The notes under the pieces were generated by a model, which was not told the DNA's origin, searched no databases, and saw nothing but the letters and a program-made list of their open reading frames with translations. 64,000 nt of DNA from Candidatus Sungbacteria bacterium RIFCSPLOWO2_02_FULL_51_17 (GTDB lineage Bacteria > Patescibacteriota > Minisyncoccia > Sungbacterales > GWA2-42-14): NCBI GenBank assembly GCA_001820785.1, contig MHQW01000047.1:5928-69927 (forward strand). The letters are read 5' to 3'. The position numbers were made by a program, and so were the translations under genes. Position 1 is the first letter of the stretch, and each line of letters opens with the position of its first letter. Positions 35,711-43,224 of the stretch are shown here, piece by piece.

Positions 35711-36850
35711 CTACTGTATGAACGTTGCCGTAACACGCTTTGAGCGAAGCATGTAGGGGATCCAGATCAGCGCCCCCACGATCGCCCCTGCGAGCATCGG
35801 CGTATTGCTAGAAAAAACATCCATCATTGCCTTCTCGGTGTCGGGAGACGCGAACACAAGAAAGGATGGCATGACGACCTCAAATGCAGCGAATAAAAGT
35901 CCCAAAAGCAACCAGCACATATATAAAACCGGGAAGATCTTCTTCTTCATGAAAAACAGAACCGCTGAACATGCCGCACCAATAAAAAGAACGAGAACAA
36001 AGACAAATTCTAGCTTCAGATGCAGGCCAAGGTTTTCCACATAGACCGGGGATGCGGGATCAAAGAGGGCTTGGTAGTTCTCGCTTCCCAGAACATTGAT
36101 GTCGGCATAGAGAGTGGTCGCCATACGCCAAAGAGCAACAAGGAGTCCGAGGGCCACAAGAATGAGCCAACCGCGAAGCCCATGTAGTTTCTTTTCTTCA
36201 AGGGTAGAACCGTTCGCCAATGCCGCCCCGGGGCTATCGCGTACTTCAACGGCGCGTTTGAGTATGCGATAGTCAATGACCCAAGAAATAACCCAGAACA
36301 CAACGCCCGCTAATATCCCAAGCCCAAAAAGAATATCCATGCCATTATTCACTCCCTGTAGCCACATGCCAAGAAGCATTGAAAAAGGGAACAGGGCGAT
36401 TCCCATGTTCATGATCCGCGCATAAAATGGCAACTTCCCAAAGACCATGGGCAATGTACCGATACAGTAGCCGTATGCGATCGGAAATATTCCGGCAATC
36501 ACGAGCTCTGTCACAACAACCAACCCCAGAGAAACTTCACCCGGTGCATAAAAAAGAATGCCGTAACCGGTATCTACAATATCCACAACAACACTCACGA
36601 TGAAGGCAACAAGCATAAAACGATAAAGCCCGATGGCGTTATGCGCCTTCGCAAGCTGCCGGAAACCCATTGTAACAACATATCCGAACCCGAACCCCAA
36701 CAGAGTTGTAACGATTTCAAATGGAATGAAAATGGAATACTCCAGCTGAAGTAATGACACCACAACTCCCGCCGCGATAAGACCAATGTATATCCAAAAG
36801 ACATTAAGCGCGCGGTCCAGATCAACTTTTTCGGTTTCTACAAAAAACAT
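35711..36850 (-). CDS. polytopic membrane protein; C-terminal half is DUF2569-like
   Basis: 379 aa, ~10 TM helices. GLRGWLILVALGL...LIWIPYMLRSKRVTATF resembles DUF2569. Confidence 0.65.
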   Translation of the reverse strand: MFFVETEKVDLDRALNVFWIYIGLIAAGVVVSLLQLEYSIFIPFEIVTTLLGFGFGYVVTMGFRQLAKAHNAIGLYRFMLVAFIVSVVVDIVDTGYGILFYAPGEVSLGLVVVTELVIAGIFPIAYGYCIGTLPMVFGKLPFYARIMNMGIALFPFSMLLGMWLQGVNNGMDILFGLGILAGVVFWVISWVIDYRILKRAVEVRDSPGAALANGSTLEEKKLHGLRGWLILVALGLLVALWRMATTLYADINVLGSENYQALFDPASPVYVENLGLHLKLEFVFVLVLFIGAACSAVLFFMKKKIFPVLYMCWLLLGLLFAAFEVVMPSFLVFASPDTEKAMMDVFSSNTPMLAGAIVGALIWIPYMLRSKRVTATFIQ

Positions 36851-36863
36851 ATGATGGAGTTAA

Positions 36864-37715
36864 TTAATAATCGCAAAACGTAATATCTGCAGGATCCTTG
36901 CCAAGGCCTTTTGCAAGAAATGCGCGGACATCCTCACGATCGCCGATATAATCAACCAGTTTTGCCTCAATCGCCTCGGGCCCAGTGAACACCGTGGCAC
37001 TTCTTATATCGTCACCGATCGCGTCTTCTGGAATATTTCTATTCACGCTGATCGCCTTGATAAAATTATCCATCATCACGCGCAGTCCCGCCATGATCTC
37101 TACCCGCTCATATTCCGGAAGGGGCTTGCTCGTATTAAATATGTCCTTATACTTCCCGGTAGAAAGTGTGTGGAATGTGTACCCCTCCCTCTCGTTAAAT
37201 CGGGCCTGATCAACGTATGATGCGGTGACACCGATATGCCCCACCTCGGAGTTTCCGGAAGCAAATATCGTTTTCGCCCCCGATGCCGCCCAATATGCAG
37301 CCGAAAGACCCTCGGCTCTGATGAGCGCGACTGATGGTTTTGAAACACGGCGAAGCTCATTTGCGATCTCCTCACCGGCAACAACGCTGCCGCCCGTTGA
37401 ATCTACCTGTAACACGACTGCTTCAATTGCCGGATCCTGGTTCGCGTTGGATATCTGGCGAACAATATCTTCCGCGCTAATCGCAAGCCCCGGTGAGTTG
37501 CCGCTATTTTCCTCGGAGCCAGCCGGAGCAAGCCACGTGTAGGTATACAACTGTCCTTGGGCCCGTATGAGCGCGACATTGCAAGAATCCGCTCCTGATA
37601 TGCCTCTGGATCCCACGTCATCAGAACGGGAAAGCTGCATCACAATAATGCCCAAGACGAACGCGATGACCCCGATGGTCCCGTACACCCAATAACGAAT
37701 GAATGTATCTGTCAT
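36864..37715 (-). CDS. sppA: signal peptide peptidase SppA, 36K type (peptidase S49)
   Basis: 283 aa with an N-terminal TM anchor. VVLQVDSTGGSVVAGEEIANEL...AEGLSAAYWAASGA. Confidence 0.8.
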   Translation of the reverse strand: MTDTFIRYWVYGTIGVIAFVLGIIVMQLSRSDDVGSRGISGADSCNVALIRAQGQLYTYTWLAPAGSEENSGNSPGLAISAEDIVRQISNANQDPAIEAVVLQVDSTGGSVVAGEEIANELRRVSKPSVALIRAEGLSAAYWAASGAKTIFASGNSEVGHIGVTASYVDQARFNEREGYTFHTLSTGKYKDIFNTSKPLPEYERVEIMAGLRVMMDNFIKAISVNRNIPEDAIGDDIRSATVFTGPEAIEAKLVDYIGDREDVRAFLAKGLGKDPADITFCDY

Positions 37716-37765
37716 ACCATTTGATAAAACGTAAGGGCTAAAATGACTGGAACGATCTCACTAAA

Positions 37766-39577
37766 TCACTTACCGCACTGGCTGGCGAGTGCAGCGCGCG
37801 ACTTAGGGCCTATGGCACCGAAACCCGTTGTCGCAGGTGTTCCGCTTGAGACAATCCCGCTGGCGCTCTGCCATGCGCGGACCGCCGCCTGCGTCATATT
37901 CCCAAAATATCCCGTAACAAGGTCGGCATTGAGATGTCCTGCCTTAACAAGGAATGTTTGCAATTTTGAAACCTCGCCCCCAGTTGCAGAGTCCCGCGCC
38001 CCAAGCACCAATGTTCTTGTAAGAACGCACGCCCCGGCAACGCTGGTGACGGCCCGGGGAGAGGATGCGGGCAAAGGAGAAGGAGCGAGCGATGGAGCGG
38101 TGATCGGCGTCGGAGACGCGCCACTCGTGACCGCACCGTCAAGATATTTCGGAACGCTCTGCTGTATGTACTGTACGAGAGCGTCGGTATCCGCACCGGA
38201 GTACTCGGGATGTACCAGCGCTATGACATCCTGCTCAAAATTCTTACTGTTCTTGTGCGGAAACATTTGCTCATCGGCAGGAAGCTTAGTGAAAGATGCC
38301 AGTGTACTCACGAGAACATCAGAATCATGAAGCGGATTCACTTGTGATGCGTCCTTCCCTTTGAGCACGCTAAACAGTTTTACCATCCCATCTACGCCAA
38401 GTCGTGTATAAAAATCCGCAAGCAGAACTCCCGAGTGCGTGTAGGCATCGTACACGGGAGATCCCACTCCACCCTCAAAAAGATAATCAAACGGCCTGTC
38501 GTATCTATTTTTGAGTTCTTTTGCGCCAAACATGTGCGTGCGGTTCGTAAGATCGGCAAGGGATTGCTCCTTCGCATTAGAAAAAATGTATGGCCGCGCC
38601 TGATTCTCAACAAATACAGCAACGCCCTCTTTGAACCACGGTGCGATGTATGTGGCTCCCTTAAAAAGCCGCTGATCCATTTCGGCAAGATGAGCAACTT
38701 CGTGGGCCAAGATGGATTTCACCTCCCACAGCGCCTGCTTATCAAGAAACTCCTTGTTATAAAGTACGACATTCGGTTTCGCCGCCAGCGCCTCCGCCTC
38801 GTACCCGACGTCAACGCTAGTAAGATCCGCCGCGTAGACAACGATCTTCTCCGGCGCCTTTATGCCGAGTGATGTTGCAAGCACGTCGTCAAGAAACGCC
38901 ATCCCGGAAACAGCGGCCTCAAGTTTTGCGACAGACGCAACCGGTCCAATAAGCGTGTAGCGCCCAACTGTTTTTATGGTGTTGCCGGAACCAATGTCCG
39001 CGGGAGTAAAAGCGACAAGAACCGGAGAAACATATGCGGTATCGGTGGGATACGTGATGGAAATTGACTGATCAGTCACTGTGGCAGACGGCCACACCGA
39101 GAGCACCTTCCACCCCCTGGGATAGGTGATCGTTACCTTCGGAGAAAAGAAATAGCCCCCGCCTGCGACCCAAAATTCGTATAGCGCGACCGGTTTGGTG
39201 AGCGCTGTCGTAATATCGTAGGTTATATAAAGATTCTTAATACCCGAATCGCTGGTGTATGTATTGGGAACAATGATCGTGCTCGCCTCATCGGTCGTCG
39301 TAAGGGGGCCCTTGTCGTTTGCCGCCGACCTGAACCGATACGACGTAACACCGGTCGCACCGAAATTTTCAAGCTTCTCATTGAACCCGTAGGCATTGAC
39401 ACCTTTTGTGTCAGCGGGCAATGACCAAAGACCGTTTGCTTTGAAGTCGGGGGTGATCGTTATGTTCACGTTTTGACTCACCGCACGGGCAGACCCTCCA
39501 ATGGCAAGGAACGTACACGCAAAAGCGATGAGAAGACCCAAACGCACATGAATTGTCTTTTGTAAAAAAACGTACAT
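37766..39577 (-). CDS. secreted protein with an HExxH motif and a C-terminal peptidoglycan-binding (PG_binding_1) domain
   Basis: 603 aa with a signal peptide (LLIAFACTFLAIGGSARA). ILAHEVAHLAEMD. C-terminus GGEVSKLQTFLVKAGHL...GYFGNMTQAAVRAWQ. Confidence 0.7.
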   Translation of the reverse strand: MYVFLQKTIHVRLGLLIAFACTFLAIGGSARAVSQNVNITITPDFKANGLWSLPADTKGVNAYGFNEKLENFGATGVTSYRFRSAANDKGPLTTTDEASTIIVPNTYTSDSGIKNLYITYDITTALTKPVALYEFWVAGGGYFFSPKVTITYPRGWKVLSVWPSATVTDQSISITYPTDTAYVSPVLVAFTPADIGSGNTIKTVGRYTLIGPVASVAKLEAAVSGMAFLDDVLATSLGIKAPEKIVVYAADLTSVDVGYEAEALAAKPNVVLYNKEFLDKQALWEVKSILAHEVAHLAEMDQRLFKGATYIAPWFKEGVAVFVENQARPYIFSNAKEQSLADLTNRTHMFGAKELKNRYDRPFDYLFEGGVGSPVYDAYTHSGVLLADFYTRLGVDGMVKLFSVLKGKDASQVNPLHDSDVLVSTLASFTKLPADEQMFPHKNSKNFEQDVIALVHPEYSGADTDALVQYIQQSVPKYLDGAVTSGASPTPITAPSLAPSPLPASSPRAVTSVAGACVLTRTLVLGARDSATGGEVSKLQTFLVKAGHLNADLVTGYFGNMTQAAVRAWQSASGIVSSGTPATTGFGAIGPKSRAALASQCGK

Positions 39578-39578
39578 G

Positions 39579-40184
39579 CTAGTTTTTTATAAATCTGATG
39601 GACTGAACAATGCGCGTGATACGTTCGCGAAGCACTGGAAAGTTCTCGGAATATTCGGCATGAACCTGATATGTCGTGTCACCATGAAAAATGAACTCAT
39701 CAAAAACCCGGTAGCGGATCTTGCCGGCGGAAAGGCGGCTCCACTCAACCGAGTATACTTTTTCACCATTGCGATCCTTGATGCTTGCGGAGATGACGCG
39801 CGCGCCAACGGATGAGCGCAGGGCCTGATCTATATAATAGTTCACGAGATCTTTTTGAGACACCCGCGTTACGACGGGTACTGGAAGATCAAATATACCG
39901 GAAGGAGTAGAGCTTATCAGATACACATATTTCGCGATGCGGCTCCCCTGCTCCGCCTGGTCCTTAAGAACAACCAGCCGCCTGGTAGCGCCATTCGTTG
40001 CGATGTACTTTTCCTCGGTAACAGTCCAATACTTCGGCCGAAGTATTCCGGCCGTTTTACTCTCGTTCAAATATTCCATATCAAAAGCGTACGTCTGGAT
40101 CGCGGTACCAAACGTGATGACGGGCACTGTCAGCACCACAAAAAAGAGGACGATAACACCGGCGCGTTTCAAGGTGCTAGGCAT
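39579..40184 (-). CDS. hypothetical membrane-anchored protein
   Basis: The start at MPSTLKRAGVIVLFFVVLTVPVITFG (signal anchor) is preferred over the ORF start at 40364. The stop lies 1 nt before the downstream gene's start. Confidence 0.55.
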   Translation of the reverse strand: MPSTLKRAGVIVLFFVVLTVPVITFGTAIQTYAFDMEYLNESKTAGILRPKYWTVTEEKYIATNGATRRLVVLKDQAEQGSRIAKYVYLISSTPSGIFDLPVPVVTRVSQKDLVNYYIDQALRSSVGARVISASIKDRNGEKVYSVEWSRLSAGKIRYRVFDEFIFHGDTTYQVHAEYSENFPVLRERITRIVQSIRFIKN

Positions 40185-40393
40185 ACGAAAATGCCAAAAA
40201 CAAAAATAGCCGTCTTTCAAAAAGATGGCATCCGTATAAGCATTAGCGGGACCGCTAGCGTTTTGCCCCGCGCCAGCAACATCCCTTTCCGAGGCGTTTA
40301 CCATGTCTGTACCGTACCACCAAATACTGAAAAAGTACAGGTACCCCACATTACCGAGCCGCACTCAAAGAAAAACATCTGCACGACAGCATG

Positions 40394-40463
40394 AAACTAT
40401 TCTCTACTTCCAACGCACCAAATTGTTTATTCGCCTATTCGCGCGAATTAGAGAATAAGAAAA
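40394..40463. repeat. GAATTAGAGAAT-family element (copy C), downstream of arsR
   Basis: AAACTATTCTCTACTTCC...TATTCGCCTATTCGCGCGAATTAGAGAATAAGAAA. It shares both ends with copy D but has a ~30-nt insert between the arms. Confidence 0.75.
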
Positions 40464-40489
40464 TGGCAGACACCCATCCATGGTAAGAG

Positions 40490-40756
40490 TTAGAGAATAG
40501 AAATAAGAGCGCGAACGACAGGATTTTGTTCCGGGGACAAATGATAATCCGCACTAAGACCCCGCTGGTTTCGCTCTACAACATCGGCGGAGGAAAGAAT
40601 CTGCAAATGCTTTGACGTCGCCTTAAACGATAATTTAATGGCACCCGCGATATCGCCGACGGTCGCTTCTTTTTCTGCTTTCAGATACCGCATAATCGCA
40701 AGGCGGCGGCGATTAGCAAGCGCTTTTACTATTTTTTCCAAATGGCGTTCCTTCAT
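40490..40756 (-). CDS. ArsR/SmtB-family winged-helix transcriptional regulator
   Basis: LANRRRLAIMRYLKAEKEATVGDIAGAIKLSFKATSKHLQILSSADVVERNQRG. I chose the start at MKERH (40756). Confidence 0.8.
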   Translation of the reverse strand: MKERHLEKIVKALANRRRLAIMRYLKAEKEATVGDIAGAIKLSFKATSKHLQILSSADVVERNQRGLSADYHLSPEQNPVVRALISIL

Positions 40757-40795
40757 GCGAGTATCCGTAGCAAATATATTCCCTCCCTGCAAACT

Positions 40796-40823
40796 ATTCT
40801 CTTATTCGCGCGAATTAGAGAAT
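40796..40823. promoter_or_regulatory. 28-bp near-perfect palindrome ATTCTCTTATTC-GCGC-GAATTAGAGAAT (family copy D); candidate ArsR operator
   Basis: 13 of 14 positions per half-site are symmetric. It lies ~40 bp upstream of the arsR start codon. Confidence 0.5.
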
Positions 40824-40957
40824 AAGAAAGGGACATTTGATCATGTTTTCATTTTTAGTTCCAGAAGATACTCTCTCAGTTTGTCGTAGCCATGTATATA
40901 CCCCCAACAGCGCCACAATACCCCCCCCCACGCTTCATACGGTTTTGCCGAGTTATT

Positions 40958-40979
40958 CAAAAACCGCACGGATGTGCGG
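40958..40979 (-). terminator. rho-independent terminator immediately after the radical SAM gene
   Basis: Minus strand: CCGCAC-ATCC-GTGCGG followed by TTTTTG. Confidence 0.7.
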
Positions 40980-40980
40980 T

Positions 40981-42507
40981 TTATTTTTCCTGCCAGCGGG
41001 CACCGGTACTTTGGCGCAGACGCTCGGCAACGTGCTGTTCTGTGTTCACCGTCTGCCACCCCCAGTCGCGAAGTTCTTCAACGCGCTCGGGCGGCACCAC
41101 GGTACCCTTCATAACGGCGCGCTTCCAATTCATCGTGTCGGGATCAAAGTTCCGATCAAGATGGCCGCCACGTACCGCGATCTCATACAACGCGCTCCCC
41201 GGAAATGGAATGGGGATAAAGAATGTGCAGTAGGGCGCACCCGCATCCACCAGGCGCTTGCCAAGTTCAATGGAAGAGCGCATCTCCTGTTCTGTCTCGT
41301 CGGGGAACCCTATCATCATGTTGATGGGACACAGGATTCCCACCTCGCGCGCAAGGCGCACGAGCTCAATGACATCAAGATTCGCGTGATCAAGTTTTGC
41401 CGTCGCGTACGTATCAAGAATGCGCTGGGACGCCGACTCCACCGGAAATACGATCTGGTCAAACCCGCCCGCCTTCAGAAGTTCCAGATAGTCACGGTCA
41501 ATCTCCGGTCGCCCGCCTTTTCCGCCCTTCAAAAAATGAACGAGGTTAACGCCGTTCACATCGGCAATTTTCAGACCGTGACCCAGAAGCCATTCAAATA
41601 TTTCTTTGACGCGCGCCTTCTTTGCAAGCAAACTATCATCCTCAAAATATAACTTCTTCACGCCAAGACCCTTAAGCACAAGGATCTCCTCCAGCACGCG
41701 CGAAACCGACTTCATGCGATAGTTCCCGATACCGCCGGAATCCGCCGCGTTCTCCTTTTCAAGCGAGATATGGCAGAAGGCGCATTTGAACGGGCATCCG
41801 CGCGACGTCATGAGCGGAGCATAGCGCTGGTCGGGGCTTGCAATAACGCCGTGCGGAGAGGCGATGCGATCGTATTTTTCAAACGGCAGTTTTTCCCATG
41901 CGGGAAATGGCAAGAGATCAAGATCGTCATACGTCACGCCGGTGCCGAGAGGCCGCGTACATATCCTGCCGCCCGAGAGAAACATGATGCCGGGAACCGC
42001 CGACGACGGGGCCTGTCCTTGAGAAAGGCACCGAACGAGTGCGGGAAGAATGTTCTCGCCCTCCGTCAGCACGACATAATCAACTACGCCGCTTTTCAAA
42101 AAACGGTCGGGAAGATTTCTGGCGTTCACGCCGCCCGCAACCACGGTGATGTCACGCCGTGCTTCTTTCGCGGCGCGCGCGACCTCAAGGGCCATGCGCG
42201 TCTGCGGCGTAAAGTTGGAGTTGATGCCGATGACATCGTACTTCCCCGCGGCGATGAAATCCCTGATCTTCTCGTACGACATACCGATCCTCGTAAGACC
42301 GTTCTCCTGCATAACGCTCCGGTAAAACGTCTCTTCAAGCGTATCTCCGGGGCCGCCGACGGAACAGTCAAGCGCGTCCGTCTCATACCCCGCCCGCTCA
42401 AGGGCGGCGGCAAGATACAGCGGGCCAAGCGACCCATCGGGCCGCGGCGTCTCAATCGCCATCAACTGGTTCGGCGGATAGACAAGAAGCACCTTTTGGC
42501 GCCTCAT
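40981..42507 (-). CDS. B12-binding-domain radical SAM protein (class B)
   Basis: 508 aa. N-terminal B12-binding-like region (VLLVYPPN...GPLYLAAALERAGYE) and a radical SAM cluster motif, TSRGCPFKCAFCHIS. Confidence 0.85.
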   Translation of the reverse strand: MRRQKVLLVYPPNQLMAIETPRPDGSLGPLYLAAALERAGYETDALDCSVGGPGDTLEETFYRSVMQENGLTRIGMSYEKIRDFIAAGKYDVIGINSNFTPQTRMALEVARAAKEARRDITVVAGGVNARNLPDRFLKSGVVDYVVLTEGENILPALVRCLSQGQAPSSAVPGIMFLSGGRICTRPLGTGVTYDDLDLLPFPAWEKLPFEKYDRIASPHGVIASPDQRYAPLMTSRGCPFKCAFCHISLEKENAADSGGIGNYRMKSVSRVLEEILVLKGLGVKKLYFEDDSLLAKKARVKEIFEWLLGHGLKIADVNGVNLVHFLKGGKGGRPEIDRDYLELLKAGGFDQIVFPVESASQRILDTYATAKLDHANLDVIELVRLAREVGILCPINMMIGFPDETEQEMRSSIELGKRLVDAGAPYCTFFIPIPFPGSALYEIAVRGGHLDRNFDPDTMNWKRAVMKGTVVPPERVEELRDWGWQTVNTEQHVAERLRQSTGARWQEK

Positions 42508-42525
42508 AGATGACCCTTCTTCATG

Positions 42526-43224
42526 TCAACGTGCGGTGTGTCTACGACTATACTGATTTTTATTGAACCTGTCCACATCGGTAGGAGTGCTGAAAAAAAG
42601 GTTCGTGCGGCCGCGAACCGCCGTAACATTGTGGCACCGAAGGTATCGGTTCATCATTGAGGAAAGATAGTACTCACCGTTTTTGTGAAGCACCGACCGA
42701 AAAGAAAAAATATCGGCCGTTACGACCAGCGCTCCGCCAACGGCATAGAGGGACTTCGGGCGCTTCGGCTTTTCCACGACACTTGTGATGCGCCCCGCGG
42801 GCGTTATCGTCGGCACACCCGATTGCCGCGGGTCATCAACCTTATGACAGAGCCACGCCGACTCATGCGAAAGAAGCGTTTTCATTTCCCCGCGCGTTGG
42901 TATCTCGTCGCCGTAGATAATAATAAAGCGTTCGCCATGAGCGATGAGGTGTCTTGCGCATAACAACGCCCCTGCTGTGCCGTTTAGTTTTTTTTGCTCT
43001 ACATACCTAATACTTTTTCCGTGCCACATTCTGCCGAACGCACGCCGTATTTTTTCTCCTTTGTATCCGATAACAATAATAACCTCATCCACCTTGCGGG
43101 GAAACGCCTCAAGAATATGCCGCAAGATGGGTTTCCCCGCGACCGGGACCATCGTCTTTGGAATTGTTTTTGTAAGCGGCAACATCCTCACTCCCCTGCC
43201 TGCCGCAAGAATAATGGCCTTCAT
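42526..43224 (-). CDS. sugar-1-phosphate nucleotidyltransferase (HddC/RmlA-like)
   Basis: MKAIILAAGRGVRMLPLTKTIPKTMVPVAGKPIL. Confidence 0.85.
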   Translation of the reverse strand: MKAIILAAGRGVRMLPLTKTIPKTMVPVAGKPILRHILEAFPRKVDEVIIVIGYKGEKIRRAFGRMWHGKSIRYVEQKKLNGTAGALLCARHLIAHGERFIIIYGDEIPTRGEMKTLLSHESAWLCHKVDDPRQSGVPTITPAGRITSVVEKPKRPKSLYAVGGALVVTADIFSFRSVLHKNGEYYLSSMMNRYLRCHNVTAVRGRTNLFFSTPTDVDRFNKNQYSRRHTAR

